A stretch of 63,972 nucleotides of DNA, filler included, from Reticulomyxa filosa (taxonomy: Eukaryota; Protista; Foraminifera): assembly GCA_000512085.1 (NCBI GenBank). It is 20 parts of 20 records of this genome, joined end to end, with 100 filler letters (N's around TTAATTAATTAA, not from the genome) between each part and the next. Parts side by side here need not be neighbours in the genome. Positions count along the whole stretch, not along the records: positions 1 to 3,950 come from ASPP01049491.1; positions 4,051 to 13,515 come from ASPP01024887.1; 18 more parts are not named here. The stretch is one strand, 5' to 3'. Shown piece after piece: positions 1 through 12,882 of this stretch. A program made the position numbers and the translations under genes. Under the pieces are notes generated by a model, which was not told the DNA's origin, made no database searches, and saw only the letters and a list, made by a program, of their open reading frames with translations. Each line of letters opens with the position of its first letter. The stretch's first letter is position 1.

Positions 1-2
1 CA

Positions 3-449
3 CTATGTTCTCTAGAAGAAGATCGTCCACAAAGTGGTAAATTCAGTTTACTAATAGATCAACCTATTGTTGACTCTACTGAAAACAGTGAACGCATGTT
101 CAACACAATATTTGATTGCATTAAAAATGTCATTCAAGTAATTCAGTATTGGTTATCTCTTTTTTTTGTTGTTTAAGCAATTATTCTTTTTGTATTGTTA
201 TATTTTTTCTGCAAACAGATCGGACGACAATTAAGTATTAAACCAGACAGAGAATCTGCAATTAAATTATTTCAATCTAATCAGAGAGAAATTATTTCTC
301 GTTTTCCTACTTCCAATAATATTCAAACTTTCGCACAAAGTAATTTGTTATTTACATTCGAGGAATTCCTTGAATTGTTTTACAGACCACTGAACTATGA
401 GTTTGAATCAGAGGTAACATGGCCTGTTCAACCTGTTCCCAAATTTTAA
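3..449 (+). CDS. 3' part of a hypothetical protein (exons 3-137 and 219-449)
   Basis: Open frame 3-137 joins ORF 195..449 in frame via GT-AG intron 138-218; no recognisable family. Confidence 0.55.
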
Positions 450-1459
450 GCCTATAAGTTTAATGTACTTCCCATAATTACAGTATCAAAGAAGTCACCG
501 TGTCTTTTCATGAACTTTTCTTTCAGTTTAAAACGAGACTTTAAATTTTCTCTTTTTTGACTTTTGCGTTTACTTGTTAAAAACCGTTTTAGTCACAATA
601 AGGTCGTGGAACAATTGGATATTTTCCAATTGTTTTATTACTGTCAGTTGATGAAGCCGAACCAAACATTTACAAAAACAACACAAAAACGATTCTTTTT
701 TAATATGTTGTTTCAATTTATTTTTAAAATTAGAGCAATATCTCGAAAAAGCGGACCTATCGAATATACAAATGCATTGCATTGAACACTAACAAGTGTA
801 TTTTTTAATACACAAATATGGTAAAAAAAACAATTGTTGCATTTCAAGGCGGACTGAATAGCCTTAAAGAAGTGTTTTTCGCTCCGGTCCTGGTAGAATT
901 TCAAAAAACACTCTATTTTTTTCGGGGTGGAGAAATTTAGCAATCAATATATTTTCTAAGCACCTCATAAAACATGTTACTACAAAATAAAAAATGAACA
1001 AACTTTTGAAATCAAAAACTTTTTGAAACGTACTTTTCATTAAAAGAAGTTCCAACAACAAAAAAACTGTTGTGCAAAATTACTCTTGTATTTTAATTAT
1101 TTTTTTAGTGATTTTTGTTTTATAAAAAACGGCTGATGTAATCGCTCTTGAAATGATAAATACTTATTAAAAGTTTTAAAGTTAAAATCAGAACTATGAT
1201 GTTTTTTGACTTTTTTAACAAAGCAATCTTGTGAAAAAAGAAGCTTTTTAAGTAAAAACACTCAATAAAAAATAACAATAAAAAACAATTTAAACAACTA
1301 ATTATTAACAAAATTTATTCCTTTTTCCTTGTAATATAGTAAAATCTTTCAATGAATAGTTTCAAATCATCTATTCAGAATTTACATTTTTTTTAAAAAT
1401 ATTGTTGCTTGGTATTCCCATATTCGCATTAATGTTGTGGGATTTGTGAGAAGACTAAA

Positions 1460-1658
1460 TGTAATACGAAAGGAACTTAGTTCCAAAAGAACAACTTCAG
1501 TAAAAGAAAGTAAATTAAGAAAGAATAATAACAACTAAAATGAAAGAAACAAGTACAACGAGAGAAAAGTGAGTTGTGTTGAGAAGATGGTTTTAACCCA
1601 CTGGGGGTCCCACCGTTCCGTTAGTAGTTGGTGATTTATAATAGGGACTTTCCCTACA
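1460..1658. mobile_element. Short TGTA...TACA element (solo-LTR or MITE-like), copy 1
   Basis: Starts TGTAATACGAAAG and ends TTTCCCTACA; shares collinear blocks (ACTAAATGTAATACGAAAG, AAAGTAAATTAA, TTTAACCCACTGGGG, CCCTACA) with 17445-17625 on another contig. Confidence 0.6.
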
Positions 1659-2430
1659 ATGTTATCATTTTTTTTGGTTGATTCATCATATTCAACAAAT
1701 TCATTTAAGACAAAGGCACAAGGTTGAAAGATTGGAGAACACTTACCAGTGGTTCTCTTGTGACTTCTATTTCGTTTGCGATAGCACTCATTTGCCACTT
1801 ATTGTTTTCTTAGAGAATGACAGATCAATGTTGCTGTTTTAAAAAAACAAATTTTGAACTTTTATCTCTCCTTTTTCTTGGTGTTGAACTTGTTCTTTTT
1901 AAAGACAGTTCTAATTATTTGTTAATTGTGATAAAACCCAAAGCGCCATATTGTCAAATAACATAAAGTTCAACAAAAAAAGGCATATATCAAAGATATT
2001 TGATTAAATAATTGGAGAAAATTTTAAAATTGATAGATTATTGAAATGGCAGGCATAGTCTTAAAGAAATTGGCACATGCAAATCTCAATGATTTGCAAA
2101 CAATAATTACAATTTTTCCCATGTTGTTACAAATTAAACTGGTAATTGAATATAACCAACCACTTTAAATCAAAACAATGTACGATATTAAGCCAGTTTT
2201 TTTTTTCCCAAAAGTGCACTAAAAAAAAAAAAGAGGACATTGCTTCATATCTCATCAAATCAGTTTTTGAATACTGTTTTTTAAGAAAAAATTCAATGTA
2301 AATGAATGAACAATACAGCGGACAAACAACTGGAAAAAACCAAACGAAAAAAGGCTTATTTTTACAAAAAAAAAAAATCAATCACAAAAGCAGTACTGCA
2401 GTAACAGCAGCAAAAAAAAAAAAGAAAAGG

Positions 2431-3467
2431 CTAGCACGAAGAACATAGACAAAAGGTATCAAAGAAAGATTTGGCAAAAGCGAAGGACAATATCATAGTG
2501 GAGCTATTGACACAAAGGTCAAAATTGGCTGCCGGCCAAAGGGCATCACTCCAGCTGGGTACAAACACGACAACATAGAACACAGTTTCAGCAGCCTCTG
2601 CAATCAAAAACAGTCGCAACAACTTTTGTAAATAGCTTTTCAAGTTTTTTTGGCATTGATTGTTTTCCATCAGTTTCATATTTGCAACCTTTTTTTTTTT
2701 TTTTTTTGTATACGTATATACGTATGTACATATATGCATACATAAAAAAGTGTGTACACGTCGTATTTGTAACGTATAACTTTGTGGACATGATAAACCA
2801 AAAAAAGAAATAAAGTAATGTTCCAAAAAATTTGTGCAGAGATGGCTACAGCATCAACTAAGAGTTCATCCATGCTGGTGCTGTCGCAGCCAGAGAGTTG
2901 CAAGCGTAAATTGTGAGCAAATAATACAATGCAAAAGGTGATAATCGGGGCAATCCCGAAAAAGTACTGCTTGCGCTTGGATATCTCAAAAACGCTTCCT
3001 TGCAAAAGTACGATTGTGCGCATCACATAAAACGAATAGAACAATCCCTCCATGAACACTCGCAAGTATACCACGTATAACCCTCGTGCACATGCCTCCC
3101 CTGGAGAATCCACCAATGCATATGTTAGAGGCTCACATACATTTCCAATGCATGTTAGAAAGCAGCCAAGGGTGTATAGCGTTACAATCCATTTGATTCT
3201 GACGTCAATCACTGTTGGTCTTTCCACTTTCTTTTCTGGTAGGGATACACTCACACTCGTTTCTGCTGTGCCCTTCCTTGTTACCGTAGACCGCTGGATC
3301 TCTACTGCCATCTCGCTCGCCACTCTTTCTCTTGCCACGTTCCACATCTTTCGCCAAATTACGTGTAACAACCAAAGACAATACACCCCGAACAAGGAAT
3401 TTACTGCAAACACAATTATTAAGCCCCTTTCAGAATGAAAACCCAATTTTTGTGCATTCAAACCCAT
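2431..3467 (-). CDS. Multi-pass (about 7 TM, GPCR-like) membrane protein, 2 exons
   Basis: ORF 2676..3467 has about 5 hydrophobic helices; an intron at about 2689-2779 joins it to frame 2431..2826, which adds two more helices. Confidence 0.6.
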
Positions 3468-3950
3468 CTTTTTCTTTGCTTTGATCTCTGGTTTGTTATT
3501 ACCTCAAAAAATTAATTATTTCACCCCCCTTTTTTTCGTCACAGCCCTAAAAACTCTTACTGTGGTTCCAACTCATTCGCTAGAAAATAGCCCTTCTTTA
3601 TTGAAAAATTTGCACAAACATATCTACCAGGGTCTGTCCTTGTTGTTTTCTAAATTTGTGACGTACTCCTTATACAGTATTTACACAAATAATATTAATT
3701 TTCCAAAATAATAACAACTAATTTGAACACAAATTTCAAATAATACTGAGACAAGTTGTAAACATAAATTGAACAGTAATTCCAAATGTTTTTTCTCACC
3801 GTTTATTGTATGGAGGTGTGTCAAGTTCGAAACTGTGTTGCAAATATTTGTTATTGCTTCGAAGTCTTTTTTTTATAGATATTGTATCTACGTATAGACG
3901 ATTTATACAATCTTGATAAAACAAAATCTCGCCGATATTAAATTTCATCT

Positions 3951-4050
3951 NNNNNNNNNNNNNNNNNNNNNNNNNNNNNNNNNNNNNNNNNNNNTTAATT
4001 AATTAANNNNNNNNNNNNNNNNNNNNNNNNNNNNNNNNNNNNNNNNNNNN
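3951..4050. other. Artificial contig spacer N44-TTAATTAATTAA-N44 (first of 19)
   Basis: Same 100-nt spacer at 13516, 15955, 18540, 22318, 25869, 29500, 31869, 37987, 42055, 49708, 52374, 54134, 55798, 57133, 58511, 60339, 61544 and 62719; the core gives stop codons in all six frames. Confidence 0.98.
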
Positions 4051-4369
4051 AATGTTATTTGTTAGTTACTTTTTGTAACGTATTGTATCATTTAGTACTG
4101 TGTTCAACTTTGAGTTAGGTGCTTGTTTTACAATATTTGGCCTTTTTGTCAATTTAACAAATTACATTCTTTTCATCTAAAAAAAAAAGTATCTAGTTGT
4201 TCTGTGCTTGTCTTCCTTCAAAATACAACTTTTTTTCAAATTTATCATGATGATAAATAATTTTTTTTATTTTTTTAAATATCGTTTGTGACATTTGTGT
4301 GGTTCCATTTCACTCTTCTATGAAAACTCAGTGATGTCGCCAATTTATCCGGTCTCCTGAACAATTCAT

Positions 4370-4590
4370 GCTAATCACTGATTGCAAGTTCGTGATCAAT
4401 TTGATATTCAACAAATGAGATTCTGACATCTATAAATTGATAATTATTGATTGTCAGAAGATTTTGATATCATTTAATGAGAATGATATTACAGAGATAT
4501 ATTGTATCGGAGGCCATTCTGGTATCCCTGGCAATGATAAAGTGGATTTTGTTCGCAAGAAAGCTCAGCAATTGCAACTGGCAAAGTTAG
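4370..4590 (+). mobile_element. Degenerate RNase H domain, probable non-LTR retrotransposon remnant
   Basis: Translates to ITDCKFVINLI...EIYCIGGHSGIPGNDKVDFVRKKA, matching the RNase HI motifs (TDS; HSGIxGNExAD); interrupted by stops. Confidence 0.6.
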
Positions 4591-6286
4591 ATTGAATGAT
4601 TATTTGTATAATATTCAAAGATCAAGTTTCCTTTTTGTGTTTGGTGTGAAAAAGAAGATACTGTCTAGAATTTCCTGATCGAATGCTTGCGTTATCAAGA
4701 ATTACGTATTAATTAGTAGACACATATCCAAGAATTGCTTCCAGATATCATTATCGATGAAATAGTTCATTATTGGAAATCTATTGTGGAAACCAGGTAT
4801 CAGAATCAAATTTTTGAAGGCAGTATCAAAGCTCGTAATCAATACCAAGAATGATTTGAAAAATTGTCAAGTTCCTTCAAGGCAAATTTCAATTTAAATT
4901 GAAATAACTTTATTGTTTGTCTTTTGATATTTTTTGCATCCTTTTTGTTGTTGTACGATTGTTTGTATCTTTATTTTTTATCCCTTTTTAGTACTGTGCT
5001 ATATTTCTTAGAAGATTTGCTCTTTTAATTGTAAAGACCTGAGTTTGTGCATGTAGATGGAGCAAAAAGCACTGCGAGTTGATAATGAAGCGATATATTA
5101 GTCCGATTTTACACAGCACATATAAAAAAAAATTTCTTGGTCTGGCTTTGTCTTGATCAGTTGCTTGAAAAAACGCTTTTAACTTTCTTGTCTTTTGACA
5201 TATATCTAGACATCTTAATTCGAGATCTTGATTTTTCAACGATTGTCTATATATTATGATGATTAAACTTTATATATTTTTTACATTAAATTATATTTTT
5301 GAACTAATTCCATATTTTGCAGTTTGTCCCAACATAGTTTGCAGTATATCCAATTATGGTAAAGAAACATTGCCTCTGCAGTCAGATCCCCGTCACAAGA
5401 CTTACTTCACTGTTATTCCTGTTTATCAATTATATTGTTAAGTCAGTTCAATCTAATCCAATGTACTATATTCGCTTATAATGTGCCATTTTGTACATGA
5501 AAAAGAAATGTAAATGCAATTGCGATTCAAAAGTTTTAACAATGTATCATTATGCATCAAAATGCGCCAGATAAAAAAAATACATTTATCGTTATTAGAT
5601 CAACCAATGTATTGTTAAAAGACAATACTAACTGAAATAATGGACACATATCATAATCATCATTCAGGAAGTGTCGAAACCTTGTGATATTCTAGATCTA
5701 TACTAAGCGTTAGCCGATCTATAACCAGACTAGCAACAACACAATCGAAGAATCACGGTCCAAAAAGAAAAGAATGAAAAGAAAAGTGTATGTCGTAGTA
5801 GAAGCTAAAGAAAAGAGCCACTATCTTCATATAAAGCTCTGTATCTTTTTTTCATAGACAAAATCAAGCAGATCGCGTCGTCCAAAAGGGCATAACTAGC
5901 TCTCAAACAAAAAAAAATTTCAAATATCTCCGTCATTGTTGCGATATTTTTGCTTTAATCGAATCGCATAAGAAGTACAATATAAATCAAAATTTCTACT
6001 AAACAATGCCTTTATTCCGCAAAGCATTCAACAGAAATTTGTTTTTAGTAAACATCCCTTAATCCTGTGGCTTCTAACATTATCTTCATTGAATTTCTGT
6101 TCGCTTTGTACTACCCTAAACATGCATTTGATGACGTTTGTTAATGGCATTTGTTTAAATGAAGGCAGTAAATAACCCCAAAGAAAAGAAATAAAAACAA
6201 AAAATTCAAATGTTTACATTTGTGTTAATTATTCCCCCCTGACAAACAAACAAAAGAAGCCTTATTTTTTAAAATGAGACAAAATC

Positions 6287-7208
6287 TCAAGAAGTTCCAA
6301 ATAAAATTTTGGAAGAAATGTAAAAATATTTGCATTTTTTTAAAAAATTGTCAGAAATGAAAGTGTCAATTTTTTTGAAAGTATCAATTTGTTAGTCAAA
6401 TCGCATTTCAAATCTGGATTGTCTGTGATTAACAACAACAACAAAACATATTAAAAAATTTTAAAAAATAATAAATAAACAAAACTTTTTCGAATTCTTT
6501 TAATATAATCTTTTGCGGCATCACAATCAAATAAAAATTTGAAATAACGAATTTGATTTAATAATTGTTCAGCAGAATAAGATTCACGCATAATAGAACC
6601 ACATCCAATTTTTGGACAAAAATTTCCTTGTAATGATAAAGATCTAGTTTTAAATAAACAGGTTGGATCATTACATACCCATTCACGATCATAATATTGT
6701 GAAATGAATTGATCAATAGCTAAATGAACAGTATTTTTAATTATAGCAATATCTTGATCAGGAATACGAATTAATCCTTGACAACCATCAGTAGCACATA
6801 ATAATCCACATTTAGCAGAATTATGAATATTAAAAACACCAGGAAATTGATAACTAGAATGACAAGATGGACATTGAATAATTAATGGTGAACAAGATTT
6901 ATAACGTTCTTCGACATCAGTTAAAGCTTGTAATCTTAAATCTTCTTCTTCTTGATCATTATTATCAGCATACATACCACCAGTATTTGTAGAAATATGA
7001 CTTAAATGTTGAAATTTAGAAGAATCAAGTCCAAGAGCATGAGCTAATTGTCCTATATCAGTACCACGAATAGGATCACAATAACGACTAACAGGAGGTA
7101 ATATTTGATTTTCAAGATACCAAAGTTTATCTGGTTGTAATGTATCTGATGAATTAATAATTTCTTGTAAATGATATGCTCTATCAGCTAAAGATAAATT
7201 ATGATGAT

Positions 7209-7241
<33 letters not shown>

Positions 7242-10180
7242 CATTAATAATAGAACCATTACGAAATTTAGTACATATAATATAAGGAATAAAATCACCT
7301 ACATTAACAGGAATTCCCATATTTTGCATTTGTAAAGCAACACGAACATGAGGTTGTTTATTTGCATCTGGATATTGTGATGGTTGTTTAGTTAATTTTT
7401 TAGTAATATTATATTGTTCTAATTGAAATTGATTTTGATCAAATTTTTTACGAACTTGATATAAATATTCATGAATAGAAGATACAACATCATCAACATT
7501 TTTATCTGATGATAAAATAATATCTAAAATATATTGTCCAATATCTTTAGAAAGAATAGACCAATCTCTTCTTACTAAATCTAATCCTTTAATTTCTCTT
7601 TGTGTAGTAAAAATCCATTTATTAATATTATTATCAAATTGAGATTGAATAATTTTATTAGAAGCATATTTCTTTTTACGTAATAATAACATTTTTGAAA
7701 AAATATATTCAAGATCTAAATACATACATTTAAAAGTTTTATTAATTTTTTTTTTAATTAAATTTCCTAATTTTCGAGCTTCCATAATATCATCAGTATT
7801 AGTATTTACCATTAATGAATCTGTATCACCATATATTACATGTAATCTATTATCTACAGTTTCTGTAATATTTTTTGCATTAATTAAATTTTCACGTCCT
7901 AATGCTGTTATTAATGAAGCAAGAGATTTACAATAAAATCGAGAATAACCAAATCCTAAACAACCATACATAGAATTAGCAACTAATTTTAATGCTTTTT
8001 GTTGAATATCTAATCTTATCTTTTTTTCTTCAAAATTAATATTATCTTGAGATAAATTTTGTAATGCTTTTTTAACTTCTCTTCTTTTTTCTAAAAGAAC
8101 ATTAATAACTTTAGGTAATATTCCTGTAGATAAATTATTATAAGGTAATAAAGTAAGCATATCTTTTTCAGATATATTATTATTCCAATGTGAAATAGTA
8201 GTAAAACATAAATTATATTCTTGAATTATTGATGGATATAAACTATTAAAATCAAGTAATAATATTAATTTATCATATAAACCTTTTTCTGGTTCTAATA
8301 CTAAACCACCAGTATATTGTGGTTTTTTTCTTTTTTTTTATTATTTTTATTTTGATTATCGTTATCATTATCATTATAATTTTCATCAATAATATGTTTA
8401 TTAAATTTTTCATTCATTGTATATTTTTCTGGTGTAATAAAACCAGCTCTATGAAATTCATGTAATAATAAATATTCATTTCTTTCTGCTCTTTGTGATA
8501 TTAATGATCTTTGCCATACATTTCCACATAAAATAGTTAATGCTTTTGTTAATGGTAATATTTGTAATTTAAACATAATTTTTGCAATTAATGATCCATC
8601 TACAATACAATGTCTAATTATTTCTGCTAATTGTTTTCCATCTAACCAATATTCTTTAATTTTATTAATATCAATATTTTGATAATTTGAAATACCTAAT
8701 TGTGTTTTTACTAAATGTGATAAAGTATAAGTATTTTGATGAATAAATTCTTGTGCACTTAAAAATGTATCACATAATAAACGACCACAACCAAGTGATT
8801 TTTTCATTAATCTTCCTCCAAGAAATGGCATTTTTAATCGTCGTAAACGACCTATTCGACTCCAATGTTTAGTTCGTAATTTATCCATTCGATCAAATAA
8901 TACATCTAATACAAAATCAAATAATTTATGACCTACAATTATATCACAATCCCATTCTTTTAATTCTGCACTAAAATAATTTAACATTTCTGTTTCTGTT
9001 CCAAATGTTTTTAAACGATTTATATCAAATTGTTTTTCTTTTAATTCATTTTCTAAATTATAAGGAAATGGATTTAGATCTATTTTTCTAATCATTGCTA
9101 TATAATCATTTGGTTCATTATTATTATTTTCTTTTATTTCTTCATTCATTGATACTTTATTGTAAATACATGCACATAAACATGCAATTTCGTGTTGTTT
9201 TTTTCATCTAATGTAGTTTGTAATGATAATGATAATATTTTTAAATCTGGACTTTGAAAATTTCCTATTGCTACTTCAATTCGATCATATGAATCTTCTA
9301 ATTCAATCTCTAATTTGCACCAACTATATTTATTTGTTTCTCCTTCTTTTTTTATTTCATATGGTACACGAATCCAACAAGGACCCATTATATCTTTATC
9401 TAATAATAATAATTCCAATGCCGAACTTCGACTTCCAAGTACTGCTTCATATGTTTCTCCAGAATTTTCTGGATCAATTGGATCAAATTGATAACCATAT
9501 CGTACTTGTAAATATTCCGTTTCAAATGGGATCACTTTACGCTCACGAAAACAATATTTCATTTTTTTTGGACGACACATCCATTTTGATACACCTAATT
9601 TTCGTCTTATTTGCTCAATTTCACCATATACTTTCATTACTTCAAGACGTTCTCCAGTATTTGGATCACTTTTTGCTTTTTTTTATATGATATAAATTAA
9701 CATATGTTTATTTAAAAATAAATAAATAAATAAATATGCATATACATATAATATTCTTTTAACTGTCTTTCAATTTTGGCAACACATACATACATCGTTG
9801 CACATTCTTAATTATTATGCATACACTTTTCCATTGCGTATCAAAAGTCTATTTATTTGTATTTCATTTTATTATCAATATTATATAATATGCATATTTG
9901 CGTATGTACATTTTTAATTTTTTTATTTTTTTTAAAAAAAAATCTCTTTTTTAACTTTTCCAAAAAGAAATGCCCATCCTGGTTTGTGAAATGGATCTTC
10001 ATATGCATCCAACCAATACACATTCAAATATCCATCTTTTGTTGATGGCATATCGTCTTCAAAAGACTTTGACACCTTTGAAGGTTTTAAGACATTAGTT
10101 AAAGGTTCATTTCCAACTGGATCTACTGCGTTTGATGCATCATTGTTTAAAAGTTTAGCTCTCTTTGGAAGTGGTTGCAT
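6287..10180 (-). CDS. POLA1: DNA polymerase alpha catalytic subunit (family B), multi-exon, with apparent homopolymer frameshifts
   Basis: YWLDAYED...FLFGK, MGPCW, RAERNEYLLLHEF, YTGGLVLEPEKGLYD, LLDFNSLYPSIIQEYN, QKALKLVANSMYGCLG, VIYGDTDS, KGLDLVRRDW and two C-terminal Cys4 clusters. Confidence 0.95.
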
Positions 10181-10626
10181 TACTAAGAACTGAGCACTGC
10201 AGGCAAATTTTCTTAAAAAGAAACTTGTGTCAGCTTGTAGTTGTAAGTACCTTTTTTTTTTTTTTTAGTTTAAGACAAGCTATTTATTTTTACTTTATTT
10301 TTTTAATTGACGCCTTTTTCTTAGTTGTTTCGTTTTATCTTATGTTTTGCTTTTACCTTTTTTCTCTTTCACAGTTACGAAATTGCTTTATTGAGAAAAG
10401 ATGCAGAAATTTTCGTTGTTGCTGCAGGAGCGATTAACTTTAGAGAGAGAGATATCCCCAACTTTTATGTAAACTATAAAAGGACTTTGATGTCACACAG
10501 GCTTTATCAGCATTCTCGAAAGAGTATATAATTTAGATAAATTATAAATAAATTTTTATTGTAGCCAAAAGAAAAGAAATATCCCATAACCGTATATTGT
10601 ATGTTGCATGTTGTTCATTGTGTATT

Positions 10627-12882
10627 TTAAAATGGCGTCCATAATCGAATTGTCTTATCAACGGAAGATGATATAATTATTTCACCATTTGGAGAAACAT
10701 CTAATCTTGTGATATCTTTAGAATGGCCTTCTAATTGCTGATAGTTTTGATTTGTTTTAATATCCCACAAAAAAATTGTTTTATTTGAGCAAGTTGCAAG
10801 AGTTGAAATATTTGGGAAAAATTTGATATCAGTAACAAAAGGTTGCGGTTCGAATGATTTCAATTCTTTTCTGGATCTCATGTCCCACATCCGAATTTTG
10901 GCATCGGTGCAACATGCAATAAAAAACCCATCTGACGAAAATTGTGCTTTATATCCATTTATACGTTCTAACCAGTGTTTAACATGTAGGCCTGGTTCAA
11001 TATTCCATATTTGGGTATAATTATTTATACATGCGATTAAAGTCGTGCCATCAGGTGAGAATTGCATACTTGTTATTTTTTCTGAAGATTTTGTCTCCAA
11101 TGTTCGTATTTGTTGTCTAGATTTCATATCCCATAGAATAATAGTACCATCAAGTGAGCCAGATGCAATGATTGTCCCATCTCGTGAAAATTGAATATTT
11201 GTTACACTACGACGATGACCTCTTAATTGTTGTAATTCAAGTCCAGATTTTACCTCCCACAATCGGATTGTTCTGTCATTTGAGCATGATACCACAAGAC
11301 TATCATCCGGTGAAAATTGTGCGTCCTGTATTACATCGAAATGTCCTTTCATTATTGCAAGTTCATTTCTCAGCTCAGCATCCCATATTCGAATGGTCTC
11401 ATCATATAAAGAGAAAACAATTTTCGTGCCATCAAATGAAAACTTTACACTTCCTGCACCCGAATTAACGCACAATTTTTTTCGTGGTTTGAAATATCGC
11501 ATCTATTTTATATATATATAAATATATATATTTTTTTTTTTTTTAATTTTAAAAAAAGATTTTTGAATTATTAAAAAAAAAAACAAAACAAAACAAAAAA
11601 CCAGAAGAAATCGTGAAATGATAGTACTGATATCATCAATTCCTTTTATCTGTACAAAAGAAGATCGAGCCCAATATTCAATAATCATTGTCAGGTCGTG
11701 TTGTACCTTTGTTTTGTTTTGTTTTGGTTTTGCTTTGTTTTAAATTAGTGAAAACAATTGTCGTGTTGTCCTTTTTATATTGTTATCAAACTTTCAATTT
11801 TCCAATGTTAAATCCTTGTTTCATTCCTTCCAGATCTTCTTGAACTCTTTCAATCAACTGTATCTCTTTTTCAATCAAAATCCATTCTTTTTCTTCAATT
11901 TCATTTTGTATCCACTCATCCCACTTGGTTCTGATATGTATGGATGTCTCATTATATCCATTTTGTCTTCCAAAGATGTGCACATATATGTTATCCTCGC
12001 TTAAAATACCAACCAAGTTATGCAATGCGCTGGGCAAAGTTTGTTCAAATGTTATCCATTTGTCTTCTTTCACATAATATTTGTGTACTGCTTGTGAAAT
12101 AATATCCCAGGAGCGCTTAGATCTTCCACCAAATAACAATAGAGCTTCATTTGCATACACATATCCATACTGTGTGTAATTCCGAAGTGTTGAACACACT
12201 CGAATTTTTTGCAATTCAAAGTTGTTACTGTCCTCATCGTAGACAATTGACAAACCGCTATCGCCACAAAATAACACCATTTCATTCTTCTTTTCTACTT
12301 TTGCTTTCAATACGAAACAATGAAAATTCAGTACTTCGGCAATTGGCAAAGTATAATGTTTGATATATTCGAATGTCCTCAAGTCAAACACATCCATTTC
12401 TGCTGGCGATAAGTAATAAATAACAAGTTATTGCTACTTCCACCAATCACTGCACGCACTCCTTCATATTTGTTTTTTTCACTCCCAATATTTAATGGAT
12501 TGCCATTTTTGTCTCTCAAAGGTACCCATTTATTCAAATCTTCCGCTTTTGCATGTTTAGTTTCATCTTTTTCATCATCCCAAACACTCACATATTTCAT
12601 TATCAATGTATGATCATCCCTTCCACCAAAAGACAACAAAGTAATTTCATCTAGATTATTATCATTACTTGCTAGCTTTATTACACAATGCCCACATATA
12701 TTGCCAATATCTGGATAAGAACAGATACTCTTGTACTCATCTCTTATCAAATGATAGGAATAGCAGTCTCTCATACCGTAACCTCCGCAAATGAGAATTT
12801 CATTTTTATGTGGCACATATTGACATTGAAAAAGTCCACCAGGCAATGGTGCCAACTCCTCAAAGAGTTTTGTGGTGCTCAT
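10627..12882 (-). CDS. Kelch-like propeller plus linker plus WD40 propeller fusion protein
   Basis: Kelch motifs (EILICGG, LLSFGG, RAVIGG, LLFGG) at 11792-12882 with a frameshift near 12404; introns 11707-11791 and 11503-11601 join the IIEYWARS linker exon to WD40 ORF 10627..11502 (GH...WD repeats). Confidence 0.8.

Noticed and set aside
3951-4050. Recurring TTAATTAATTAA palindrome as a biological repeat
   Set aside because: Always centred in exactly 44+44 Ns; it is an artificial six-frame-stop linker
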